Origin: an uncultured Armatimonadia bacterium
GTDB taxonomy: Bacteria; Armatimonadota; Zipacnadia; CAZGSV01
Reading direction: 5' to 3'
Assembly: GCA_964528605.1 (NCBI GenBank)
Contig: CAZGSV010000004.1
Location: 64,331-80,533, forward strand
Length of the DNA stretch: 16,203 nucleotides
Position 1 is the stretch's first letter; the number at the start of each line of letters is the position of its first letter. The translations under genes and the position numbers were made by a program. The notes under the pieces are model-generated. The model had not been told where the DNA came from. It worked only from the letters and a program-made list of their open reading frames with translations, and searched no databases. This document shows, piece by piece, positions 1 through 6,447 of this stretch.

Positions 1-532
1 CCACGGCCCGCATGTCGAAGGTTACCGAGGTGGCGAAGCCCAGCACGCGCTCGAAGGACTCCTCGGTGAGAAAGCCGTTGGTGTCGTAGTTGACCTTGGC
101 CGTCGGCGCGATAGCCCTGGCCGCGCTCACCACCGCCTCCACGAACGGCAGCGAGGGCGTCGGCGAGCCGCCGGAGAAGAAGAGGCGGTCGGCGGCGATC
201 AGACGGCCGCTGAGTGAGGAGATCATGGCCAGCGACTCGCGCGCCAACTCCTCGGGGGCCACCTCGCCGTCAATGTGGGCGTGGGTGTCGGGGTAGTGGG
301 CTACGTCCCAGTTCTGGCAATGCAGGCAGCGGAAGTTGCACCCGGCCATGAAGGTGGTGTAACTGGAGGGGGGCGCGGGGTGGAGCATGCGGGAGGCGAC
401 CAGGGGCGGGCCGACGCGGCAGACGCCGAGTTCGCCGCGCAGCCGGTTGACGCCGCAACGCCACTCGCAGAGCACGCACTGGCTCAGGTCCCGCGCATAA
501 GCCGCGGCAAGTTCTTCGCTCAGCCTCGTCAT
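1..532 (-). CDS. Radical SAM enzyme (AmmeMemoRadiSam-type / PflA-activase-like), N-terminal 177 codons; the 3' end of the gene lies beyond the window start
   Basis: The ORF is not in the track because it runs off the edge. Own reverse translation from ATG at 532-530 gives MTRLSEELAAAYARDLSQCVLCEWRCGVNRLRGELGVCRVG...YTTFMAGCNFRCLHCQNWDVAHYP...SGGSPTPSLPFV. It has the canonical CxxxCxxC radical-SAM cluster (CNFRCLHC) plus an upstream extra Cys cluster (CVLCEWRC...C), typical of the AmmeMemoRadiSam radical-SAM subfamily. No stop is reached before position 1. Confidence 0.75.
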   Translation of the reverse strand, partial: MTRLSEELAAAYARDLSQCVLCEWRCGVNRLRGELGVCRVGPPLVASRMLHPAPPSSYTTFMAGCNFRCLHCQNWDVAHYPDTHAHIDGEVAPEELARESLAMISSLSGRLIAADRLFFSGGSPTPSLPFVEAVVSAARAIAPTAKVNYDTNGFLTEESFERVLGFATSVTFDMRAV

Positions 533-621
533 CTCCAGGCGCCACGGGGCGCGCGGCCGCCCCCACGACCTGCCGCGCTAGCCCGCTTACCGATGTCCTC
601 GGGGCCACGCGGCCCCTACGC

Positions 622-1455
622 CTATTGCCCTTCCAAGGCAACCGTGAGGTCGGTGATCCGGTCTCCGTCCACCTGCACGATGACGAAATGGTGCCTGATG
701 CCGCCATAGAGGAGTTGCAGGGGCGCGCCCCCCCCGCCGGTGACAATGTAGGTCACGCCGTCTATCACCTGGCGATCGTAGCCGTGCAGGTGGCCGAGGA
801 ACACGCGATCCACCTTGTGCCGCTGCATCAGCGCCATGAACTCGGGCGCGCCCTGGCGGAAGTTGTGCCACCAGCGCATGGTCGCCGGGGGCTCGTGGGC
901 GAAGACGAACTTGCGCCGGTTAGTCTGCAAGCGGCCCTCGAGCCAGCGCAGTTCGCCGGCGCTCAACTCGCCATCGGAGTTGTCCACCACGATGAAACGG
1001 CAGTTGCCGTAGTCGAAACTGTACTGCTCGGGGCCGAAGAGGGCGCGGTAGAACTGCCGACCGCCATTGATCACCTCGTGGTTCCCCAAGGCGGTCAGCA
1101 CCGGCGCCTTAGTGCCCTTGATGACACCAAGGAAGTGATCGTACTCCTGCTCCAGGCCGGAGGAGACGAAGTCGCCGAGGTCAATGATGAACGACGGCCT
1201 GAGGCGGTCCGCCATGCGCAACAGGAACGAGAAGACTTCGTCGTTGTCGCGGGTGTCGCCCATGACGACCAAGGTGATGCTGCCTTGGTAGGGAACGGCG
1301 GCGATGCGGTCGAGGGCTTGCTGGGTCAGGTGGGAGCGCGGCTGGGAGACGCACGGGGGCGAGATTGCCATTCCGGCCAGCAACGCCAGCAGCAAGCCGA
1401 CCCGGAGCAACGCCCAGGCTCCCCGTTTGGTGACCCCACTTCTCATCTGGCTCAT
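622..1455 (-). CDS. Secreted calcineurin-like metallophosphoesterase
   Basis: From track ORF 622..1569, trimmed to the internal Met that begins a signal peptide (MSQMRSGVTKRGAWALLRVGLLLALLAGMA). Metallophosphoesterase motifs are present: GDTRDND, GDFV, GNHE, and GHLHGYDR with GGG. An alternative start is the ATG at 1446 (MRSGV...) if the mRNA is leaderless (see promoter feature). The in-frame codons 1456-1569 are rejected as an N-terminal extension. Confidence 0.8.
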   Translation of the reverse strand: MSQMRSGVTKRGAWALLRVGLLLALLAGMAISPPCVSQPRSHLTQQALDRIAAVPYQGSITLVVMGDTRDNDEVFSFLLRMADRLRPSFIIDLGDFVSSGLEQEYDHFLGVIKGTKAPVLTALGNHEVINGGRQFYRALFGPEQYSFDYGNCRFIVVDNSDGELSAGELRWLEGRLQTNRRKFVFAHEPPATMRWWHNFRQGAPEFMALMQRHKVDRVFLGHLHGYDRQVIDGVTYIVTGGGGAPLQLLYGGIRHHFVIVQVDGDRITDLTVALEGQ

Positions 1456-1483
1456 TATACCAGCGTCCCCTTTGCCGCACCAA
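1454..1483 (-). promoter_or_regulatory. Candidate sigma70-type promoter with extended -10 (TTGGTG-N18-TGgTATAAT) for the metallophosphoesterase, possibly producing a leaderless mRNA
   Basis: On the minus strand the sequence reads TTGGTGcggcaaaggggacgcTGgTATAATgagccagATG. A perfect TATAAT with an upstream TG overlaps the ATG at 1455. The next in-frame ATG (1446) lies 7 nt after the hexamer, which is the expected TSS. No Shine-Dalgarno precedes either ATG. Confidence 0.35.
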
Positions 1484-1542
1484 GCATGGTCGCCGCCCAG
1501 CGAACGCTGTTCGCAGCCATAGCAACGCCGAATATCGGCGAT

Positions 1543-1570
1543 TTTGTTTGTACGCGCGGCCCGGTACAAT
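1543..1570 (+). promoter_or_regulatory. Candidate promoter for the anti-sigma/ECF operon: AT-rich tract plus TACAAT -10
   Basis: aatatcggcgattttgtttgtacg is an unusually AT-rich stretch in 70% GC DNA. It is followed by TACAAT at 1565-1570, which is 18 nt upstream of the ATG at 1588. An AAGGA motif at 1584-1588 abuts that ATG. This is the divergent partner of the minus-strand promoter above. Confidence 0.3.
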
Positions 1571-1587
1571 CGTCCAAGTGATTAAGG

Positions 1588-2058
1588 ATGAGATTGCGCG
1601 CCAAAGACTGCCGTAGGATCCAAGTGCTTCTCCCCGGGCTGCTCACCGGCGAGGTGTCGGGCGCCGAGGCTGCGGCCTCCCGTGCCCACCTCGAGGAATG
1701 CCCTGCCTGCGCGAGCGATTTCGTGGCGCTGGAGCGGGCCGCCTGCGCCCTGCAGGCCTGGCCCGAGGCTAGAGTGAGCGACCTGGAGTCCCTGCGCCTG
1801 GCCGCGCGCCTGCGGGGCCGCCTGGCCCGTAGACGGCGCCTGGAAATCGGCGACTTCGTCTTTATGGCGGCGTGCGTCGCGTTCGTTTTGCTTGCCGCCT
1901 TGGGGTGGTCAGGTTCGGCGAAGAGCCTGCTGCCGCACCTGGGCAGCGGTTGGCCCTACCTGGTAGCGGTGGGCGCGGCGGTGGCCGGCCCGCTCACTGC
2001 CGCGTTGGCCATGCTGCTCCTCATCCATAACCGTGGTAACGGAGGCGTTCCCCAATGA
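1588..2058 (+). CDS. Putative zinc-finger (zf-HC2) anti-sigma factor with two C-terminal TM helices
   Basis: The N-terminus (CRRIQVLLPGLLTGEVSGAEAAASRAHLEECPACASDFVALE) fits the zf-HC2 anti-sigma pattern C...H-x3-C-x2-C. Two hydrophobic helices follow (FVFMAACVAFVLLAALGW and WPYLVAVGAAVAGPLTAALAMLLLI). The stop overlaps the next start as ATGA at 2055-2058. Start is uncertain: SD AAGGA abuts the ATG at 1588, and the TTG at 1594 is an alternative. Confidence 0.65.
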   Translation: MRLRAKDCRRIQVLLPGLLTGEVSGAEAAASRAHLEECPACASDFVALERAACALQAWPEARVSDLESLRLAARLRGRLARRRRLEIGDFVFMAACVAFVLLAALGWSGSAKSLLPHLGSGWPYLVAVGAAVAGPLTAALAMLLLIHNRGNGGVPQ

Positions 2059-3125
2059 ACCGTGAGAGCCTGCGCCGGCGCAAGCGTGTCGTCGGCTGGC
2101 TGTCGGTCCTTTGCTTCCTCCTCGCGATGGCGTGCGTTCCTGTACTCGCGGGGATAGCCGCCATGGAGGCCGCCTACACCCGACACCGCGCCGTTAGATT
2201 CGCACCGCCTGCGGCGAGAGTCGCGCCTGGAAGGGTTGAGTTCGCCGCCCCTCGCGACCAACTCGCCCGCGAACTGGCCGACCTCTTGAGCACGACCGCA
2301 GCCCCGGCACCCGCGGGCTCCTCTGAAGGCGCGGCCCCGGTCCAGCCGGCGGACCCGCAGAAGATACTGCAAGACTGGGTGCTCGAGCACAAAGACCACG
2401 TGCTCTTTGCTCTGGCGATTGACGGCAAGGGTCGCGCGCTGGCCGCTTTCCCCAACGAACAGATGCTCAAGTCGCTGACTTTCGACATCGCCGGGAACGT
2501 GGACGACGGCTGGGAGCCGGCGATGGACCAGATCGAGGAGGCGGGCTTGCCTCATCCCGAAGGCAACAAAGGCACGGCGGATTACATTGACCCGGCGAGC
2601 AAGAGCATCTGCTACGTGCTGCTGCACACCAAGCCTGCCGCCGCTGTCTCCGTGGAAGCCCCGCTGATAGGCGCCGTGCATTCCTATCTGGGGGGGCCTG
2701 AGTGGGACGGCCGGCGTCTCCTCGGCGTGGGTTGGGAGGGCCTCTATATTGGTCTCGCCTGCACGGGCGGTTTCTTTTGGGTGCTGTGCGTCATCTTCGC
2801 CATATGGTGGGTCGCGCTCGACGCCCGCTATCGGGGAATGCGGCGGGGGTGGCTGCTGGCTTTGTTCTGCTTCCTCACAATGCCGGTGGGGCTGCTGATC
2901 TACCTCATCGTGCGGCCCGATGAGCCGGAGCCTTGCCCCTCCTGCGGCCGCCTTGGACCGGCCGGGTTCAGCGTGTGCCCTTGGTGCGGGGCCCGACTGA
3001 GGGGCGTTTGCCCCAAGTGCAAGGCTGCCGTGGAGAAGGGCTGGCGGCTGTGCCCTTACTGTCAGACGCCGCTGGTTGCGCCAACGGCCCAGGCACCGAG
3101 CCCTAAGGAGCAAGCGGCGGAATGA
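2055..3125 (+). CDS. Membrane protein: N-terminal TM, ~200-aa extracytoplasmic domain of unknown family, PLDc_N-like two-helix module, C-terminal cytoplasmic double zinc ribbon
   Basis: ATG at 2055 is preceded by GGAGGCG 7 nt upstream and overlaps the upstream stop as ATGA. The N-terminus is MNRESLRRRKRV plus TM (WLSVLCFLLAMACVPVLAGIAA), followed by a soluble domain. The motif WWVALDARYRGMRRGWLLALFCFLTMPVGLLIYLIVRP has the PLDc_N-like W..DA..RG..W..G..YL..RP spacing. Four CxxC pairs follow (CPSCG, CPWCG, CPKC, CPYC), forming a double zinc ribbon. The stop overlaps the sigma gene start as ATGA at 3122-3125. Confidence 0.75.
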   Translation: MNRESLRRRKRVVGWLSVLCFLLAMACVPVLAGIAAMEAAYTRHRAVRFAPPAARVAPGRVEFAAPRDQLARELADLLSTTAAPAPAGSSEGAAPVQPADPQKILQDWVLEHKDHVLFALAIDGKGRALAAFPNEQMLKSLTFDIAGNVDDGWEPAMDQIEEAGLPHPEGNKGTADYIDPASKSICYVLLHTKPAAAVSVEAPLIGAVHSYLGGPEWDGRRLLGVGWEGLYIGLACTGGFFWVLCVIFAIWWVALDARYRGMRRGWLLALFCFLTMPVGLLIYLIVRPDEPEPCPSCGRLGPAGFSVCPWCGARLRGVCPKCKAAVEKGWRLCPYCQTPLVAPTAQAPSPKEQAAE

Positions 3126-3745
3126 GTCCCCTGCTAGTGCCTCAGGCGCTGTCCGCGGTCTGGCCGCTCCCGGCGAGAGCCCGGGTCAGTTGGACCGCCG
3201 CGAACTACTGTCTCGACACCGACGAGGACCTGCTGGACCGCTTCCTGCGCGGGGAGCCGGGAGGCCTCGACGCGCTGGTGCAACGCCATCATCAGCCGCT
3301 GCTCAACCTCTGCTGGCGGATGGTGGGCGACCGCGAGGCGGCCGAGGACCTGGTGCAGGAGACCTTCTGGCGCGTGCTCACCAAGGCCGATCGCTTCCGT
3401 AAGCAGGCGAGCGTCCGCACCTGGCTCTACGCCATCGCGATCAATGCTTGCCGCGATCATATCCGCAGCCGGTCGCGGCGCAGGCGCCACGTCGGCGCGC
3501 TGGAGCAGCAGGGCCTCGACGGGGCCAGCGACGAGCACGGGCAATGGGCTGCCGCGCAGACCGCGCGGGTGAGCGCCGCCCTGGCTGGCGTTGATGCGGA
3601 CACGCGCGCGGTGCTGGTGCTCCATTTCTACCGCGGCCTCTCCTATCGCGAGATCGGCCAGGTGATGCGCTGGTCGGCCTCGAGAGTAGCGCAGAGAATC
3701 CGGCGCGGACTCGAACGGCTGCACATGGTGCTTAAGGAGGCGTAG
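3122..3745 (+). CDS. ECF-type RNA polymerase sigma-70 factor
   Basis: Region 2 reads DEDLLDRFLRGEPGGLDALVQRHHQPLLNLCWRMVGDREAAEDLVQETFWRVLTKADRFRKQASVRTWLYAIAINACRDHIRSR. Region 4 reads LVLHFYRGLSYREIGQVMRWSASRVAQRIRRGLERL. The ATG at 3122 forms ATGA with the upstream stop. The ~35-aa N-terminal extension before region 2 means an internal alternative start (for example GTG at 3137) cannot be excluded. Confidence 0.85.
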   Translation: MSPLLVPQALSAVWPLPARARVSWTAANYCLDTDEDLLDRFLRGEPGGLDALVQRHHQPLLNLCWRMVGDREAAEDLVQETFWRVLTKADRFRKQASVRTWLYAIAINACRDHIRSRSRRRRHVGALEQQGLDGASDEHGQWAAAQTARVSAALAGVDADTRAVLVLHFYRGLSYREIGQVMRWSASRVAQRIRRGLERLHMVLKEA

Positions 3746-3750
3746 CGCTG

Positions 3751-4317
3751 GTGAGCGTTGACGATCCCATAGATGCGCTGATAGACCGCACCCGTTCCCG
3801 CAAGGGCATGATCGGTTGGGCGGCTGCCCTGTGCCTGGGCGCGGGGCTGTTGGGCACGGCTTTCCGCGAACTTGCGCCGCTGTTCTTCACCTGCTACTGG
3901 CTGCTGCTGGCTCTGTGGGTCTATCTCGACGCCACGCAGCGCGGCAGCACGAAGGCTTGGGCGTTCGGCATTCTCACGCTGATAGCCAACATATTCGGCC
4001 TGGCCGTGTATCTGGTGGCCAGGCCGGAGGGACCTACCGACTGCCCGTCCTGCGGCGCGCCCATGAAGCCCGAGTACCGTGTGTGCCCCGTATGCGGAGC
4101 GGCCCGGCGACCGCGTTGCCCCAAATGCGGCCAGATGCTCGACGAAGCCTGGTCCTTCTGCCCACATTGCGGCGAACGGCCCGCCAAGGCCGAGCCACAG
4201 CCGACGGCAGCCGCGGCGCCTCCCGTGCCCGCGCAGCCAGCCGAGCCCGTGGCCGCGGCGGAGCAGAGCATACCTGAGGAGTCAGGTGCCGCCGAACAAG
4301 GGCGGCCCGCCGAGTAG
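3751..4317 (+). CDS. PLDc_N-like two-helix membrane module fused to a cytoplasmic double zinc ribbon; paralog of the C-terminus of 2055..3125
   Basis: GTG start at 3751 has a strong SD (TAAGGAGG at 3734-3741, 10-nt spacing). The motif LWVYLDATQRGSTKAWAFGILTLIANIFGLAVYLVARPEGPTDCPSCG...VCPVCG...CPKCG...CPHCG aligns residue-for-residue with IWWVALDARYRGMRRGWLL...GLLIYLIVRPDEPEPCPSCG...VCPWCG...CPKC...CPYC. The tail is Pro/Ala-rich. Confidence 0.75.
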   Translation: MSVDDPIDALIDRTRSRKGMIGWAAALCLGAGLLGTAFRELAPLFFTCYWLLLALWVYLDATQRGSTKAWAFGILTLIANIFGLAVYLVARPEGPTDCPSCGAPMKPEYRVCPVCGAARRPRCPKCGQMLDEAWSFCPHCGERPAKAEPQPTAAAAPPVPAQPAEPVAAAEQSIPEESGAAEQGRPAE

Positions 4318-4354
4318 CCCCCCCGCGCGAGCACTGGGCCTGCGGCCCGCAAGC

Positions 4355-4816
4355 CTACCGTTCGGCGTGCCGGCTTGCACGCGCCTTGCGGAAGGCATAG
4401 AGATAGCAGTCGTTTGAGCCCGCGTAGAGCGTCCCGTCCGCAGCAATGGCGGGCGAAGAGTCAACGACCGCCTGCGTCTGGTAGCGCCACTCGAGACGAC
4501 CGTCCGAAGCCACCGCGTACACCGCCCCATCCCACGAACCGAAGTACACCGTGCCGTCGGGGCCGATGGCGGGAGAGGAGCGAACCGGCCCGCTGGCCCG
4601 AGACTTCCACCTCAAGAGCGCGTCTTGAGGGCCCGCATAGGGGCTCGCGCCGGTGTGAGATAGGTTGAGCCGGAACATGGGCCAGGGGCTCTCGGCCAGT
4701 TGCGCTTGCGCTCTCTGTGGAACGATGGTTGCTGCCAGAAGCAGGGCGGCGGCCGCGACGACGAGGCGGGTGGTCCAGGGAGGGAGACGGCAGTCCAACT
4801 TCGCTCGGCCTTTCAT
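4355..4816 (-). CDS. Small secreted PQQ-repeat (beta-propeller blade) protein, possibly truncated
   Basis: From track ORF 4355..4960, trimmed to the Met that begins a signal peptide (MKGRAKLDCRLPPWTTRLVVAAAALLLAATIVPQRAQAQ). Three PQQ-like repeats follow (SSPAIGPDGTVYFGSWDGAVYAV, SSPAIAADGTLYAGSNDCYLYAF). It is convergent with 3751..4317. Three blades are too few for a closed propeller. Confidence 0.55.
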   Translation of the reverse strand: MKGRAKLDCRLPPWTTRLVVAAAALLLAATIVPQRAQAQLAESPWPMFRLNLSHTGASPYAGPQDALLRWKSRASGPVRSSPAIGPDGTVYFGSWDGAVYAVASDGRLEWRYQTQAVVDSSPAIAADGTLYAGSNDCYLYAFRKARASRHAER

Positions 4817-5056
4817 CCGACACCACCCCCAAGTGGTTCGGGTGTGGGATGCGCTCGCGGCGGCCCAGCGTGACCGCCCAGCCAGGCGACATCCCCAGCC
4901 GGCGCCGATGGCCGGCGCAGCCTCTCTCGCGAGCAGCCACGAGCGCCTCACCGATCCCACGTCATATTAGACCACGGCAGGGCCCGGAGGTGAGTGCTTT
5001 CTGACAAAAAGCGTGGGAGGTCCTGGCGGGCTCGTCCTCTCCCGCCGGCACCGTGC

Positions 5057-5085
5057 TCGACCGGGGTGGCTGGCCCTGCTAGAAT
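5057..5085 (+). promoter_or_regulatory. Candidate sigma70 promoter TCGACC-N17-TAGAAT for the aminotransferase/C45 gene pair
   Basis: TCGACC at 5057-5062, a 17-nt spacer, then TAGAAT at 5080-5085. This lies 63 nt upstream of the ATG at 5148, which has a strong SD (AGGAGG at 5135-5140). Confidence 0.3.
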
Positions 5086-5116
5086 CCGCTGCTACACACC
5101 TCGGCTCCGCTGCTAC
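5085..5116 (+). repeat. 11-bp direct repeat TCCGCTGCTAC x2 with 21-bp periodicity in the predicted 5' UTR
   Basis: Exact copies at 5085-5095 and 5106-5116. A start-to-start distance of 21 bp equals two helical turns, as expected for a dimeric or tandem regulator binding site. It sits between the candidate -10 and the RBS. Confidence 0.4.
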
Positions 5117-5147
5117 GGCACGCCCGACATCGCTAGGAGGCCTAGTT

Positions 5148-6443
5148 ATGCCATCAGCCAAACTCGCCCTGAAGGGCGGCACGCCCGCCGTTGACAAGGA
5201 AAAGGCGCTCGCGCACACGCAATTCCACGGCCGCTATCCGCTGCTGCTCGGCGAGGAGATCGAGGCCGTCGTCCGCCTGATGCGCGACGGGATGCTCTCC
5301 ATCGGCGGGCGCGAAGACGTGGTCGCCGACTTCGAGGACGCCTTCGCCGCCTACCACGGCATCAAGTACGCTCTCTCGTGCAACTCCGGCACGGCCTCCC
5401 TCTACTGCGCCTACGAGGCCGCCGGCGCAGCCCCGGGAGTCGAGGTTATCACTACTCCATTCACTTTCATCACCACCGTCACTGCCATTCTCGCTTGCGG
5501 CGCCATTCCCATCTTCGCCGACCTCGATCCGAAGACCGGGAACATCACCGCGGAGACCATCGAGCGCTGCATCAGCCCCTACACGAAAGCGATCTCGGTC
5601 GTGCACGTGTGGGGCCATCCGGCCGACATGGACCCGATCATGGAACTGGCACGCAAGCACAACCTGATCGTGGTGGAGGACTGCTCCCACGCCCACGGCG
5701 CCACCTACAAGGGACGCAAGGTGGGCACCATCGGCCACCTGGGCGCGTTCAGCCTACAGGCCTCCAAGAACATCATCGCCGGCGAAGGCGGAGCGCTCAT
5801 CACCGACGACGAGGATCTCTACCAACGCGCCGTGGTGACCGGACATCACGTGACGCGGCTGAAGGAGGTGCTCGCGAACTCGGAGTACCGGTTCTTCGCG
5901 GACTCCGGGCCACTGCACAAGTTGCGCGCCGCGCCCATTGCCTGCGCCATCGCCTTGGAGCAACTCAAGCGCCTCGACTACTGGAACGAGCAGCGGCAGG
6001 CAAGTGCGGCGTTGATGTCGAAGGAGTTGGAGGGCGTGCGCGGCTTCCGTCCCTGCTACGTCGCGCCCGACTGCACTCATGGCCTGCACGTCTATGGCTT
6101 CGACTACGTGCCCGAGGAACTGGACGGCCTGCCGCGCGAGGCCGCCGTCAGGGCCCTCAATGCCGAGGGAGTTCCCGTGGGCACCGCGTACGATAGGCCC
6201 ATCTATCTCACCGAGATGTTCCAGCGGCGCACGCTGCTGAACTGGTCGCCGTGGGCCTGCCCGCCGGCGAAGCGGGAGGTGCGCTACGCGCAAGGCGACT
6301 GCCCGAACTGCGAGCAGCGCGCTTGGCGCACGGGCCTGATGATGATGTGGAACTGGATGATCGAGCCGATGCCGGAGTTGATCAAGATGTACGGCGAGGC
6401 CTTCCGCAAGGTCTCGGAGAACCACCGCGAACTGGCGGGCTAA
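5148..6443 (+). CDS. DegT/DnrJ/EryC1/StrS-family PLP-dependent (sugar) aminotransferase
   Basis: The start is MPSAKLALKGGTPAV after SD AGGAGG at 7-nt spacing; track ORF 5013.. is an unsupported 5' extension. Family motifs are CNSGTASL, VVEDCSHAHGATYKGRKVG and the PLP-lysine context FSLQASKNIIAGEGGALITDD. Protein length is 431 aa. Confidence 0.85.
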   Translation: MPSAKLALKGGTPAVDKEKALAHTQFHGRYPLLLGEEIEAVVRLMRDGMLSIGGREDVVADFEDAFAAYHGIKYALSCNSGTASLYCAYEAAGAAPGVEVITTPFTFITTVTAILACGAIPIFADLDPKTGNITAETIERCISPYTKAISVVHVWGHPADMDPIMELARKHNLIVVEDCSHAHGATYKGRKVGTIGHLGAFSLQASKNIIAGEGGALITDDEDLYQRAVVTGHHVTRLKEVLANSEYRFFADSGPLHKLRAAPIACAIALEQLKRLDYWNEQRQASAALMSKELEGVRGFRPCYVAPDCTHGLHVYGFDYVPEELDGLPREAAVRALNAEGVPVGTAYDRPIYLTEMFQRRTLLNWSPWACPPAKREVRYAQGDCPNCEQRAWRTGLMMMWNWMIEPMPELIKMYGEAFRKVSENHRELAG

Positions 6444-6447
6444 TCCG

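Noticed and set aside
601-616. GGGGCC-acgc-GGCCCC hairpin between the metallophosphoesterase stop and the radical SAM start (minus strand)
   Set aside because: The stem is only 6 bp and lacks a U-tract. It could be an attenuator, but the evidence is too weak to call a terminator.
625-1581. 318-aa + strand ORF antisense to the metallophosphoesterase. Similar long ORFs antisense to real genes: 1956..3113 (-), 3134..3724 (-), 5754..6569 (-), 6610..7500 (-), 8838..9461 (-), 10085..10789 (-), 11364..12251 (-), 13704..14753 (-) and 14757..15338 (-).
   Set aside because: All lie exactly opposite genes with strong family motifs. Their translations are Arg/Ala/Pro/Gly-rich low-complexity strings without motifs. 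Stop-codon depletion in 70% GC DNA generates such shadow ORFs.
4336-4348. GGGCC-tgc-GGCCC hairpin in the convergent gap between 3751..4317 and the PQQ gene
   Set aside because: It has a 5-bp stem and a 3-nt loop and is flanked by GC-rich sequence. This is insufficient for a bidirectional terminator call.
5013-5147. Upstream in-frame extension of the aminotransferase (track start at 5013)
   Set aside because: It has no RBS and the translation is low-complexity. A consensus AGGAGG sits 7 nt before the internal ATG at 5148, where the conserved family N-terminus begins.
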